Shown: positions 7,958 through 17,749 of the stretch, piece after piece
Numbering within the stretch: position 1 is the first letter of the stretch
Layout: every line of letters starts with the position of its first letter
NCBI GenBank assembly: GCA_052386995.1
Contig: JBQTJP010000264.1
Span: forward strand, 1 to 22,642
Direction of reading: 5' to 3'
Length of the DNA stretch: 22,642 nt
From: Armatimonadota bacterium
GTDB taxonomy: Bacteria > Sysuimicrobiota > Sysuimicrobiia > Sysuimicrobiales > Humicultoraceae
Translations under genes and position numbers: made by a program
Notes under the pieces: generated by a model
What the model saw: the letters and a program-made list of their open reading frames with translations, nothing else
The model's database searches: none
What the model was told of the DNA's origin: nothing

Positions 7958-8530
7958 ATGCGTATTGTCCTCGTCCTGGCATTGGTCGTCCTTCTGGCAA
8001 CGACGCTTGCCTCAGCAGCCAAGCCCAAGGTCACACCAAAGCCCGCCGTGATGCCGAACCCAACCGTCGCGGCGCTCTCGAAGCTGTCCGGACAGGCATT
8101 TGACGTCGCCTTCATGCGCGAGCTCATCCCGGTCCATGAAGAGGCCGTCGAGATCGCCTTGGCGGCGACGCTGAACGCCGACCACACGCAGCTCCTGCAG
8201 TGGAATCAGGTGATGATCGATCGCAAGAGCAACCAGGTGAAGAAGATGCTGACCTGGCTGCAGGAAGCCGGGGCGTCCCCGGGCCGCCGGGCTGCGAATG
8301 TCGTGTCCGATCCTGTCAAGAAAATGCGATCGCTGGGCGGCGCGGCGCTCGAGCAAGCGTACCTCCCAATGATGGCCTTGCGCCTCGAGCACGGCGCCGA
8401 ACTGGGAAGCCTGGCGGCCACGAAAGCCAGCAAGCCTGAGGTGCGGAGCTTCGCGGCCGAGCTCATGAAGGTAGAGAAGCAGGAGGCCGCGATGCTCCGG
8501 ACCTGGCTCAAGCAATGGTACAACAAGTAG
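7958..8530 (+). CDS. secreted DUF305-like (ferritin-like fold) protein
   Basis: Signal peptide. FDVAFMRELIPVHEEAVEIA motif with an internally repeated second half ending Q..E...LRTWLKQWY. GAGGTG RBS. Confidence 0.8.
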   Translation: MRIVLVLALVVLLATTLASAAKPKVTPKPAVMPNPTVAALSKLSGQAFDVAFMRELIPVHEEAVEIALAATLNADHTQLLQWNQVMIDRKSNQVKKMLTWLQEAGASPGRRAANVVSDPVKKMRSLGGAALEQAYLPMMALRLEHGAELGSLAATKASKPEVRSFAAELMKVEKQEAAMLRTWLKQWYNK

Positions 8531-8574
8531 CACGCCAGGCGTCATCTTCACGACCTGAACCACGAGGGCGTCGA

Positions 8575-9474
8575 GTGTTACGGCGTGCGGGTCTCTGCAT
8601 CCTCGCGCTGCTGGTCGCCATCTCGCCGGCCACCGCGGCCGGCGAGTTCGTCATCATCGCGCCGTCGGGTGTCACGCCGGCCGTCCACCGCATGGTGCAC
8701 CAGGCGGCCGAACGATGCATCCCATTGTACGCGGGCTACCTGCGGACGCGCCTCGCGGCGCAAATCGAGATCCACATCTTTCCCACCCGGGCCGCCTTCG
8801 TGCGGGGACGCCAGACGATAGCGGGGGAGACTCCGGAAGTGGCGCAGCGCGCGGCCGATTATCTCGGCAGCGCCATCGGCTATGCGGTGATGATCAACCA
8901 GGCGACGCACGAAGGAACGGCCTCCGGGGAGCTCGCCGGCACGACGTGCCACGAGATCCTGCACGTCTATCAGTTCGAGCTGATCACCGAGGACGGCCGA
9001 GAATCCCACGAGTGGATGCTCGAAGGCTACGCGTATTTCATGGAAAAGATCGCGCTCGAGCACCTGGGGTTCGAAACGCTTCCCGCGGCGCGCGAGCGGG
9101 CAATCCGGATGCTGAAGGTGCGGCCCTTCGAAATCCGTACAGCCGCGATCGGTCTGCTGGCCGGGGGCCTCTTCAAGACCGCGGCGGCTTCCGGCGGCGC
9201 GCGGCTCTTCCCGCGGCTGGCGGAGATGACGACATCCGACCAGTTCAACAACGTGGGCGCGCAACTCGGCATCGCCTTTCCCCACTACCTCTTCCTCATG
9301 ATGGATTTTCTACACGGCGCCACATCACACACTCACTTCGTGACGTACTTCAGATCCTTCGCGCCCGACAGAGGGGCGCCCACCGCGGACGATAACTTCC
9401 GGGCGGCGTTTGGGATGGCATTGACGGACTTTCAACTGCGCGTGGACGCGCACATCGCCGGTCTCCTGCGCTAG
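8575..9474 (+). CDS. secreted hypothetical protein with a gluzincin-like HExxH...WxxEG motif
   Basis: Signal peptide (LRRAGLCILALLVAISPATAA). CHEILHVYQ followed by EWMLEGYA. Confidence 0.7.
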   Translation: MLRRAGLCILALLVAISPATAAGEFVIIAPSGVTPAVHRMVHQAAERCIPLYAGYLRTRLAAQIEIHIFPTRAAFVRGRQTIAGETPEVAQRAADYLGSAIGYAVMINQATHEGTASGELAGTTCHEILHVYQFELITEDGRESHEWMLEGYAYFMEKIALEHLGFETLPAARERAIRMLKVRPFEIRTAAIGLLAGGLFKTAAASGGARLFPRLAEMTTSDQFNNVGAQLGIAFPHYLFLMMDFLHGATSHTHFVTYFRSFAPDRGAPTADDNFRAAFGMALTDFQLRVDAHIAGLLR

Positions 9475-9500
9475 GCGCGCGGCGGAGGGAGGCCGCGCGC
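9475..9500. terminator. 9-bp GC hairpin
   Basis: gcgcgcggc pairs with gccgcgcgc immediately after the stop codon. No U-tract. Confidence 0.4.
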
Positions 9501-9549
9501 TGATACCGAACCCGATACGCGATTCTCATCCCATTGCGCGAGGTGCGGC

Positions 9550-10371
9550 GTGCTTCTCTCGGGCAAGCGGGCCCTCATCATGGGGGTCGCGAACAAGCGC
9601 AGCATCGCCTGGGGCATCGCGCAGGCCTTCCACCGCGAAGGCGCGCGCCTGTCGTTCACGTATCAGAACGATCGCCTGAAAGAAAACCTGGTCGAATTGC
9701 TCGGCGAGATTGGGGGCGCCGACGCGCATCCGATCTTCCCGTGTGACGTCGCCTCGGACGAGCAGATCGCTGCCGTCTTCGCGGCTCTGCAGGAACGCTG
9801 GAGCGCTCTGGACGTCCTCGTGCACTGCCTGGCGTTCGCCGACCGCGAGGACCTCGGCCGGCCGTTCTCGGAGATCTCGCGCAAGGGATATGCGCTGGCG
9901 CTGGACGTCAGCGCGTATTCGCTGATGCGGTGCGCGGGCGCCGCGCGGCCCTTGCTGGAGGCGGCCGGCGGCGGGAGCATCCTCACGCTGACCTACAACG
10001 CCGTCGACCGGGTCGTTCCATCCTACAATGTCATGGCGGTCGCCAAGGCGGCGCTGGAGTGCGAGGTGCGCTATCTGGCGGCCGAGCTCGGGCCGAAGAA
10101 CATCCGTGTGAATGCGATCTCGGCGGGGCCGCTGCGGACGCTCGCGGCCAGCGCGGTCCGCGGTATCTCGGGGTTTCGCGAGGCCGTCGAAGAAGTGGCG
10201 CCGCTGCGGCGCAACGTCACCCAGGACGAAGTCGGCGACGTCGCCGTCTTCCTGGCGTCCGACCTTTCACGGTCGGTCACGGGCAACACGATCTTCGCGG
10301 ACAGCGGGTTTCATGTCATGGGCGTGGCGGGGCAGGCCGAGGTGCTCAAAAAGGACCGGGCCCCTGTATGA
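9550..10371 (+). CDS. fabI: enoyl-ACP reductase
   Basis: GVANKRSIAWGIA, YNVMAVAKAALE (Y-x6-K), RVNAISAGPLRTLAAS. Confidence 0.96.
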   Translation: MLLSGKRALIMGVANKRSIAWGIAQAFHREGARLSFTYQNDRLKENLVELLGEIGGADAHPIFPCDVASDEQIAAVFAALQERWSALDVLVHCLAFADREDLGRPFSEISRKGYALALDVSAYSLMRCAGAARPLLEAAGGGSILTLTYNAVDRVVPSYNVMAVAKAALECEVRYLAAELGPKNIRVNAISAGPLRTLAASAVRGISGFREAVEEVAPLRRNVTQDEVGDVAVFLASDLSRSVTGNTIFADSGFHVMGVAGQAEVLKKDRAPV

Positions 10372-10384
10372 GTGATGACGTAGG

Positions 10385-11404
10385 TCAGGCCCGCGCTTCC
10401 TGACGCTGGAAGACCGTGTACGTCCACGCAAACAACAGCAGCACCGCGGCGATCAGCGCCGTCAATTGCGGCCAGATCAGGAGCAGGCTCTGCGAGAACG
10501 GCAGGGCGGTGCCCAGAATCGCGCCTTCCAGCTGACTGATCAGCACCGGTCCCAGCGCCCGCACCTCCGGATTGAGCATGCCGAGGACGATCTCGGAATA
10601 GAGCGTGTTCGGGGACAGGCGGGAGAGGAACAGGCGCAGCTGCGCCCTGGTGAGTTCGCTGGCGTTTGGAGACGTCACGAGCAGTATTTGCCCCACGATG
10701 TCGGCGACGATCTCCCAGAAGACGGCGAAGAATAGCCAGACCGCAAGCGCAGCGAGCGCGGAAGTGGCCGGCTGCCGGAAAATGACAGAGAAGCACAAGG
10801 CCAGCGCCAGCCAGATGCCGGCGAACGCGACGGTGGCCACGAGGAACATGAGTCCCCGTCCGACCTCCTCGCCGCCCGGCGGGATCCCCAACCTGTACAG
10901 CCCCAGTCCGGTGACCAGCAGCCACAACGCGAGCATTGTGATCGCCAGCGTGAAGAGCCCGGCCAGGAACTTGCCGAGCAGCAGCGCGTCCCGATAGATG
11001 GGCTGCGCGAGCACGCGGCTGAGCGTCCGCCGGTTGTGCTCGCCGTTGATGCCGTCAAACCCCAGCGCGATCGCCGCGAGCGGGATCAGGAATCCCAGGA
11101 ATGCGACGAAGGAGTACGGCCGCTCCTGAGAGATGGGAGTCGTGAACAGCCTGAGGAACAGAAACGGATCTTGCCCGACGTCCCGCCTGATGCCTTGAAT
11201 GGCCGCGTACACGGTGCCGAGCGCCGTGAGCAGGATCAGCACCTCGAGCAGGCGCATCCGCACGCTCGAGAGATGGTCGGCCATCTCCTTCATCACGACG
11301 GCCCACAGCCCGGTCCAAGGCGACCCTTCGCGCGTGGGTGTGGCGCCTTCGCGCTTCAGGGCAGGGACTTCGAGCTTGAACCCTGAGCCCTCACGCCGGA
11401 GCAT
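10385..11404 (-). CDS. ABC-2 type transporter permease
   Basis: [19 protein letters not shown]...[21 protein letters not shown], multiple TMs. Overlaps the ATPase stop. Confidence 0.9.
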   Translation of the reverse strand: MLRREGSGFKLEVPALKREGATPTREGSPWTGLWAVVMKEMADHLSSVRMRLLEVLILLTALGTVYAAIQGIRRDVGQDPFLFLRLFTTPISQERPYSFVAFLGFLIPLAAIALGFDGINGEHNRRTLSRVLAQPIYRDALLLGKFLAGLFTLAITMLALWLLVTGLGLYRLGIPPGGEEVGRGLMFLVATVAFAGIWLALALCFSVIFRQPATSALAALAVWLFFAVFWEIVADIVGQILLVTSPNASELTRAQLRLFLSRLSPNTLYSEIVLGMLNPEVRALGPVLISQLEGAILGTALPFSQSLLLIWPQLTALIAAVLLLFAWTYTVFQRQEARA

Positions 11405-12338
11405 GCTGAGCCTCCTGGAAATAACGCGTGTAGACCTCGTCGAGGCTGGTGCGCTCCAGCGTGATGCCGAGCAGGTTGGCGCGCGTGGCCGCGACGCGCC
11501 GCGCGACCTCGCCGCGTATGTCCTCTCTGGTATCGAGCATGTAGAGGCCGGGGCGCTCCCGCGTCACCTTGATCACGCCGGGGATAATGGCGAGGACCCG
11601 CTCGATGTCTTCACCGACGGCCTCGACGCCGATGCGGTACGCTCCCCCGATCACCTTCTGTGCCAGCCCCTCAACTGTTCCCTCCAGCACCATCTTGCCG
11701 AGCCGGAAGAGCCCGACCCTATCACAGACCGCCTGGACCTGATGCAGCAGGTGGGATGACAGCAAAATGGTGATCCCATCGGCCTTGAGGCTGCGGATCA
11801 GCCCCAGGAATTCGTGGGCCGCCTCGGGATCGAGCCCGATGGTCGGCTCGTCGAGGATCGCGACCCGGGGGCGCTTGAGGAGCACGTCGGCTAGACCGAG
11901 ACGCTGCCGCATGCCGCGTGAGAATGTCGCCACGGGACGATCCGCTACGCCTAGAAGGTCCATCCGCGACAGGTTCTCGTCCATCCGCGCTTCGGCTTCC
12001 GCGGCCGGCAGGCCGTTGAGCCGCGCCGTGTAGCGGAGGTTCTCGCGGGCCGACAACTCATCGTAGAATCCCACCGCGTCGGGGAGATAGCCCGCGCGGC
12101 GCTTCACCGCGAGCGGATTTCGCATGGGATCCTCGCCGAGCACTCTGGCCGACCCAGACGTCGGCTCGGTCAACCCCATGAGCATCAGAATCGTCGTCGT
12201 CTTCCCGGAACCGTTGGGCCCCAGCATCCCGAACACCTCGCCGGCGTGCAGGCGCAGATCGAGGTGGTCCACGGCCACGACCGAGCCGTAGTGCTTGGTC
12301 AGTCCCTGCGTTTCGATGACGGCGCTATCGACGGCCAT
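11391..12338 (-). CDS. ABC transporter ATP-binding protein
   Basis: Walker [10 protein letters not shown], signature FSRGMRQR, Walker B ILDEP, H-loop SSH. ATG at 12338 overlaps the upstream gene end. Confidence 0.95.
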   Translation of the reverse strand: MAVDSAVIETQGLTKHYGSVVAVDHLDLRLHAGEVFGMLGPNGSGKTTTILMLMGLTEPTSGSARVLGEDPMRNPLAVKRRAGYLPDAVGFYDELSARENLRYTARLNGLPAAEAEARMDENLSRMDLLGVADRPVATFSRGMRQRLGLADVLLKRPRVAILDEPTIGLDPEAAHEFLGLIRSLKADGITILLSSHLLHQVQAVCDRVGLFRLGKMVLEGTVEGLAQKVIGGAYRIGVEAVGEDIERVLAIIPGVIKVTRERPGLYMLDTREDIRGEVARRVAATRANLLGITLERTSLDEVYTRYFQEAQHAPA

Positions 12339-13494
12339 ACCGCGATACCGCCAGCCCGACCACCGCCAGGGCAATGGCGACCAGCGCAATCCCGGCCACG
12401 CCCCAGAGCGTGGAGGTGAGCACCGTGATGCGGAAGTCCGACGATGCGGATGAGTCGCCGGCGTTGGCCCGGACATTCACCATATAATCTCCGGCGATGG
12501 CCTTGCCCGAGGGTTTGATGCTTGCCGTGATTTCGTGCTGCCCGTTGGCGGCGATCTCATCGAGGCGCTCGGGTGTGAACTTCACCTCCCAGCCGCTCGG
12601 CTCCGATGCGGAGAACTCGACATTGCGGGCCGGCGCGCCGCCCAGATTCCTCACGAGCATCTTCAGCGGTGATGCGCGCCCGGCGTTCGCCTGCCCAGAA
12701 AGGCGGCCCTCGGGGCCGGTGATCGAGAGGTCCACGCGCCCGGTGACTTCGAGTGTCAATTTGATCTCGGCCCTCGCGTCTCCGCTCGTTGCCCGCACGG
12801 TGACGGGGTGATTCCCGGCGGCGATCGTCTTGGGCAGGCTCACGTCCACGTCGAGGTCGCGTGACTCGCCGGACTTCACCGGGACGCTGGTCACCTGCTG
12901 GCTCCCAAACGCGGGCGTGAACGTGATCTGCGCGCCCTTAGGACCCTGAGCCTCCAGGTTCACCAGGAGATCTTGGTCGCTGTCATTCTTGAGTGTCAGG
13001 CGGTATTTGAAACTAGACGTCGCGGGGCCGCGCTGCGACGGCAGCTCGGCCGACAGCGCCAGGCGTGAAGCCTGTACCTGCCCGAACGTGAGGGCGATCG
13101 GCAACTCGGCGCTCGCGGTCCGCCCCTGGGCCACGACCCGGAAGCGATAGGTCCCCGGTTTGGCCCCCTGCGGCGGCTCCAGACGCAGGCTCACGTTCAC
13201 ATCCTGATCGGGCCCGACGGACACGGCGCCAATCGGACGTCCGCCGCCGAGCAGACTCGCTCTCCACCCGCGGGCCGCCTCGACCACACGCAGGGCGATG
13301 ACCTGCGGGGGTTCGCCATAGTTTTTCACGGTGAGCGTCAGCGTCGCCGGCTCGCCGGAGCGGACGGTCTGCGTGGGGAACGGTGTGGACAGACCGATCC
13401 CACGGAACGCCGCGCGGGCGGATGCCGGCATCACGACGACCGGCGCTCCGATGATGAGCGTCAGACCGACGCCGAGAAGAATCCGGTACAACAT
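12325..13494 (-). CDS. NEW3 (Ig-like) domain membrane-anchored protein
   Basis: Signal peptide, three Ig-like repeats (LTVKN, LTLKN, MLVRN; P.GW.V.F.P; AGDY.V), C-terminal TM followed by YGRR. GGAGGT RBS. Confidence 0.85.
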   Translation of the reverse strand: MLYRILLGVGLTLIIGAPVVVMPASARAAFRGIGLSTPFPTQTVRSGEPATLTLTVKNYGEPPQVIALRVVEAARGWRASLLGGGRPIGAVSVGPDQDVNVSLRLEPPQGAKPGTYRFRVVAQGRTASAELPIALTFGQVQASRLALSAELPSQRGPATSSFKYRLTLKNDSDQDLLVNLEAQGPKGAQITFTPAFGSQQVTSVPVKSGESRDLDVDVSLPKTIAAGNHPVTVRATSGDARAEIKLTLEVTGRVDLSITGPEGRLSGQANAGRASPLKMLVRNLGGAPARNVEFSASEPSGWEVKFTPERLDEIAANGQHEITASIKPSGKAIAGDYMVNVRANAGDSSASSDFRITVLTSTLWGVAGIALVAIALAVVGLAVSRYGRR

Positions 13495-13517
13495 CTCTTA
13501 CACCACCTCCGAAGAGA

Positions 13518-14348
13518 TCATATCTCCCAGCCGCGCCAAACCGAGATGACCGCGATGACATTGTTGACCCCGTGCGCGACGATCGGCGGCACGAGGCTCC
13601 CGGACCGCTCGTAGAGCGTGGCCAGGATGACTCCGAGCACGAAGATTGGAAGGGCATGAATTACCTGTACGTGGACGGCGCTGAAGAACACCGCGCTGCC
13701 GAGCGCCGCCACGGTCTTCCCCCATCGCGCCCGCAGGCCCCCGTAAACCAGCCCACGGAAGAACACCTCCTCGCCGATGGGAACGACGATGGCCAGGAGG
13801 AACAGCAGCCAGGCCGCCTGAGTGGGGCCCGACAGCTGGTCGAACACCGGACGCAGTGGGTCGGCCATGTGCTCTTCCGCCGCACGCGCCACGGCCTGCG
13901 CCGGTCCCTCGATGAGCCCATACACCAGGATGGCCAGACGCTCGCTGGCGACGGAGAGCGGAATCGTGATGACCGCGGCGACCAGACCGATGGCGACCAA
14001 TGCGTGCCAGCCGTCCAGGCGCACACCGAGGCGCAGGGGATGCTGCCGGTACCGGACCATCACGACGTACGCCGAGAGCCCGGCAAACAGGGCGTTCTGC
14101 ACGATCGTCACGATCGAGAGCGAGGTGAGGGTGAGCGGTTCGGCCAGGCCGAGCAGGATCGCTCCCATGGGGAGGGCGATTACGAACAGGACGGTGATAG
14201 CCAGGATCTCGCCGATGCCCCAGGTGTCGCGCCCGCCGACGGGGCGGAGCAGCAGATACGCCGCGCACGCCACCGACGCCAGCAACAGGAAAAGGGCCAC
14301 ACCGGCAAACGCTATTTCGGGGACAGGATATACTGACGTGGGGGTCAT
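13518..14348 (-). CDS. CPBP (Abi/CAAX) family intramembrane metalloprotease (start uncertain)
   Basis: PIGEEVFFRG, FSAVH and AHGVNN motifs. Confidence 0.92.
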   Translation of the reverse strand: MTPTSVYPVPEIAFAGVALFLLLASVACAAYLLLRPVGGRDTWGIGEILAITVLFVIALPMGAILLGLAEPLTLTSLSIVTIVQNALFAGLSAYVVMVRYRQHPLRLGVRLDGWHALVAIGLVAAVITIPLSVASERLAILVYGLIEGPAQAVARAAEEHMADPLRPVFDQLSGPTQAAWLLFLLAIVVPIGEEVFFRGLVYGGLRARWGKTVAALGSAVFFSAVHVQVIHALPIFVLGVILATLYERSGSLVPPIVAHGVNNVIAVISVWRGWEI

Positions 14349-14456
14349 CGCTCACGTCGGTTCGGCGGACGGCCCGCGGCTTCCTCCGGCACCACCGGAT
14401 ACCCGGCAAGGAGCGGACCACCACGCGCCGAAGTACACCAGGCCGAGGTGTCCATC

Positions 14457-16241
14457 GTGTCGTTCGTCTCCGTCTACCGTCGCTGGCGACCCAAAACCTT
14501 CGAAGAAATCATCGGTCAGGAGCGTATCACGCGCACGCTGCAGAACGCCATCCGGGCGGGACGCACCAGCCATGCGTATCTCTTCGCCGGGCACCGGGGC
14601 ACCGGGAAGACCACGACCGCCAGGATATTCGCCAAGGCCCTCAACTGCGCGGCGGGTCCCACGCCGACCCCCGACAACACGTGTCCGTCCTGTGAGGCGA
14701 TCTCGCGCGGGGTCAGCATGGACGTCATCGAGATCGATGGCGCCAGCAACACGAGCGTCGACGACGTCCGTGATCTCAAAGAGAAAATCGTGCTCGCGCC
14801 CACGGAGAGCCGGCACAAGGTCTACATCATCGATGAAGTGCACATGCTCTCCACCAGCGCGTTCAACGCCCTGCTCAAGACACTCGAGGAGCCCCCGGCG
14901 CACGCGGTCTTCATTCTGGTGACGACCGAGCCCCACCGGATTCCGCCAACCGTGCTCTCACGCTGCCAGCGCTTCGACTTTCGCCGGGTCTCGTTCGCCG
15001 AGATCACGGGACGGCTGCGCGCGATTGCGCAGGCCGAGGGAATTGCCATCGAGGACGAGGCCCTGGCGCTGATTGTCCGCAACGCCGACGGATCGGTGCG
15101 CGACGCCGAATCGGTGCTCGATCAGCTCAGCGCCTATACCGACGGGCGAATCGATGGCGATCTGGTGACTTCCGTCCTGGGCCTGGTCGACGATGAGACC
15201 GCCAGGGGGTTTGCGACAGCGACGCTCGGCCGCGACATCGCCACCACCCTTCGCCTTGCGCAGGAAGCGACTGACGGCGGCAAAGATATCCGCCAGGTGC
15301 TGCGCACGCTACTGGAGTACTTCCGTGACCTGCTGCTGGTCAAGACCTGCGGCCCGGCGGCCTCGCAAATCCTCGACGCGCCACCGGAACGGCTGGCGCA
15401 GCTGTCCAAGCAGGTACAGAGCGCCGGCGTGTCCGACCTGCTTCGGGCGGTGCGCGTGCTCAACGACGCCGTCACCGACTCGCGTTGGAGCGCCCAGCCG
15501 CGCCTGGCCCTCGAGGTCGCACTGATCCGACTGGCCAGGCCCGAGATGGATCCCTCGACCGAGGGCCTGCTGGCGCGGATTGAGCGCCTCGAGGCTGAAG
15601 CGGTCCCGGCGAAATCCCCGGGTGAACCGTCACCCCCAGCAGGACGGCCGGCTCCGACGCCGGTAGCCGACGCCTCCGCGCCCAAAACGGCGCCCCAGGC
15701 GCCCGCTCCGCAGTCCCGCCCCACGCCGACGCGCCGGCCCTCACCGCGTGCACAGACACAGCCCGATGCGAACGGCGAGGGCGGTGGTGAGGCCGCGGCG
15801 GGACTGACGATCGACGACGTACGCCGCCAGTGGGCGCGGGTGCTGGAAGACATCAAGCGCACGAAGATGCTCTGCCACGCGCTGCTGATCGAGGGGACGC
15901 CGATGGAGGTCAACGGGAACGTGCTGGTCGTCGGCCTCCGATCGGCCTACAACTTCCATGTGGACAACCTCAACCGGGCAGAGAATCGCGAGGTCGTCGA
16001 AGGGGCGCTCTCCCGAGTGCTGGGGCACGCGGTGCGGTTTCACTGCCAATTGTACGAGGCGTCGGCGGAGCAGGCCGCGCCCGAGGCACCTGCTCGCGAG
16101 TCCGGCGGCGCCGCCGGCGCCGCCGCCCACGTCATGACCACGCGCATGGCCGCATCGTCGGGCATCGAGTCCTCATTCGTGACCAAGGCAAAGGAGTTGT
16201 TCGGCGCCGAGGTCATCGACGACGACGGGCCGGCGCAGTAG
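14457..16241 (+). CDS. dnaX: DNA polymerase III subunit gamma/tau
   Basis: YRRWRPKTFEEIIGQ, GTGKTT, IIDEVHML, FNALLKTLEEPP, SRCQRFDF, Pro-rich linker. GAGGTG RBS 6 nt before the GTG at 14457. Confidence 0.97.
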   Translation: MSFVSVYRRWRPKTFEEIIGQERITRTLQNAIRAGRTSHAYLFAGHRGTGKTTTARIFAKALNCAAGPTPTPDNTCPSCEAISRGVSMDVIEIDGASNTSVDDVRDLKEKIVLAPTESRHKVYIIDEVHMLSTSAFNALLKTLEEPPAHAVFILVTTEPHRIPPTVLSRCQRFDFRRVSFAEITGRLRAIAQAEGIAIEDEALALIVRNADGSVRDAESVLDQLSAYTDGRIDGDLVTSVLGLVDDETARGFATATLGRDIATTLRLAQEATDGGKDIRQVLRTLLEYFRDLLLVKTCGPAASQILDAPPERLAQLSKQVQSAGVSDLLRAVRVLNDAVTDSRWSAQPRLALEVALIRLARPEMDPSTEGLLARIERLEAEAVPAKSPGEPSPPAGRPAPTPVADASAPKTAPQAPAPQSRPTPTRRPSPRAQTQPDANGEGGGEAAAGLTIDDVRRQWARVLEDIKRTKMLCHALLIEGTPMEVNGNVLVVGLRSAYNFHVDNLNRAENREVVEGALSRVLGHAVRFHCQLYEASAEQAAPEAPARESGGAAGAAAHVMTTRMAASSGIESSFVTKAKELFGAEVIDDDGPAQ

Positions 16242-16266
16242 TCGACACCTCGCTGGAGAGGCTGCC

Positions 16267-16587
16267 GTGAACCTCGGAAACATGGGGAAGATGATCAAGC
16301 AGGTGCAGAGAATGCAGACCGAGATGGTCCGCGTGCAAGAAGAGCTGGGCGCCGCCAGGGTCGAGGCCACGGCGGGCGGCGGCGTCGTGCGGGCCGTCGC
16401 CAACGGTCACGGGGAGCTGATCTCGCTCGTCATCGACCCGGCGGCCGTCGATCCCTCGGACGTGGGCCTGCTGCAGGACCTGGTCATGGCCGCGGTCAAC
16501 GAGGTGCAGCGCAACGCGCGCAGCATCGCCGAAGGCAAGATGAAGGCCGTCACCGGAGGCCTCCCTATACCCGACATGCTGCGATAA
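16267..16587 (+). CDS. ybaB: YbaB/EbfC nucleoid-associated protein
   Basis: AGGGVV...NG, IDP..VDP.D...LQDLV.AAVN. Sits between dnaX and recR. Confidence 0.95.
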   Translation: MNLGNMGKMIKQVQRMQTEMVRVQEELGAARVEATAGGGVVRAVANGHGELISLVIDPAAVDPSDVGLLQDLVMAAVNEVQRNARSIAEGKMKAVTGGLPIPDMLR

Positions 16588-16602
16588 CGGTCCGCGGACA
16601 CG

Positions 16603-17199
16603 ATGGACTACCCCGGACCCCTTGCCCGCCTCATAGATGAGCTGTCGAAGATGCCGACCGTTGGGCCCAAGACGGCCCAGCGACTGGCGTTTCACATCCT
16701 GCGCCTGTCCCAGGAAGAAGCCCAGGCCCTCGCGGACGCCGTCGTGGACGTCAAGGCGAAGATGCGCACCTGCTCGACCTGCTTCACGATCACCGATGTC
16801 GATCCGTGCAGCATCTGCACCAATCCGGCGCGCTCGGCCACGCTCTTGTGCGTCGTGGAGGATCCGCGCGACGTCATCGCGCTCGAGCGCACGCGCGAGT
16901 ACCGCGGTCGGTATCACGTGCTCGGCGGCGCGATCTCTCCCCTGGACGGCATCGGCCCGGATGATCTCAAGATTCCCCAGCTGCTGGAGCGCGTCCGGGC
17001 GGGCGGCATCGATGAGGTGATCGTGGCGACCAACCCACGGGTCGAGGGCGAAGCGACCGCCATCTACCTGGCGCGCGTGCTCAAGCCGTTGGGCGTGCGT
17101 GTGACCCGCATCGCGCACGGCCTGCCGGTCGGCGGCGACCTGGAATACGCGGACGAAGTGACGCTGGCACGGGCGCTGGAGGGTCGGCGCGAGCTGTAG
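16603..17199 (+). CDS. recR: recombination mediator RecR
   Basis: HhH ([12 protein letters not shown]), C4 zinc finger, [19 protein letters not shown] ([11 protein letters not shown]), [12 protein letters not shown]. Confidence 0.98.
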   Translation: MDYPGPLARLIDELSKMPTVGPKTAQRLAFHILRLSQEEAQALADAVVDVKAKMRTCSTCFTITDVDPCSICTNPARSATLLCVVEDPRDVIALERTREYRGRYHVLGGAISPLDGIGPDDLKIPQLLERVRAGGIDEVIVATNPRVEGEATAIYLARVLKPLGVRVTRIAHGLPVGGDLEYADEVTLARALEGRREL

Positions 17200-17224
17200 A
17201 TGCGTCCCGCCGACTAAATTAGAG

Positions 17225-17230
17225 TATACT
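17225..17230 (+). promoter_or_regulatory. -10 element TATACT upstream of the YkuK-family gene
   Basis: AT-rich taaatttagagTATACT followed by GGAGG RBS and GTG start. Confidence 0.5.
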
Positions 17231-17248
17231 AGGCCGGAGGCGAGCGCG

Positions 17249-17719
17249 GTGGAGTTTGTCAGCCCCACTCAGGGGCGTTTGAGCTTCGAACAAATGTTTG
17301 GATCTATGGTCGGCTACATGAGGAGCGAGCCCGACCAGCGCTACAATTTGATCATCGGCACCGACTCGCTGCTCTCCGACGACACCACGTTCGTGACTGC
17401 CGTAATCGTCCACCGGGTCGGCCACGGCGGCCGCTACTTCTACCGGAAGTTCCGGAACCGGAAGATCCACAGCCTTCGCCAGCGCATTCTCTTCGAAACG
17501 TCGCTGAGCCTGGAGACCGCGCACCTGCTCACGACGACGCTCGGCCGCAATGGCTACTCGAAGCTGCCGGTCGAGATCCACCTTGATGTCGGCCCCAACG
17601 GCGAGACGAAGCGGATCATCCGCGAGGTCGTCGGGATGGTGTCGGGCTCGGGGTACGCGGCGGTCATCAAGCCTGACGCCTACGGCGCCACGAAAGTCGC
17701 GGACAAGCACTCGAAGTAA
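17249..17719 (+). CDS. RNase H-like YkuK family protein
   Basis: LIIGTDS, VHRVGHGGRYFY, E.SLSLE.A, EIHLDVGPNGET, IKPDAYGATKVADKH. Confidence 0.9.
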   Translation: MEFVSPTQGRLSFEQMFGSMVGYMRSEPDQRYNLIIGTDSLLSDDTTFVTAVIVHRVGHGGRYFYRKFRNRKIHSLRQRILFETSLSLETAHLLTTTLGRNGYSKLPVEIHLDVGPNGETKRIIREVVGMVSGSGYAAVIKPDAYGATKVADKHSK

Positions 17720-17749
17720 ATCCCCAAAACGGCGTCCGCAGTTGCGCGA

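Noticed and set aside
14349..14456. SRP RNA (ffs) upstream of dnaX
   Set aside because: The minus-strand GGTGCCGGAGGAAGCCGC only loosely resembles helix 8. The CAGG and the GNRA-closed CC/GG stem with AGCAGC are not properly present.
15590..15800. Programmed frameshift or slippage site in dnaX
   Set aside because: No AAAAAAG or long A-run was seen. The region is just a Pro/Ala-rich linker.
14352..17268. Long antisense ORFs (14352-14936, 15134-15913, 16213-17268) and similar Arg/Ala-rich overlapping ORFs elsewhere
   Set aside because: Shadow frames of well-supported high-GC genes, with no family motifs.
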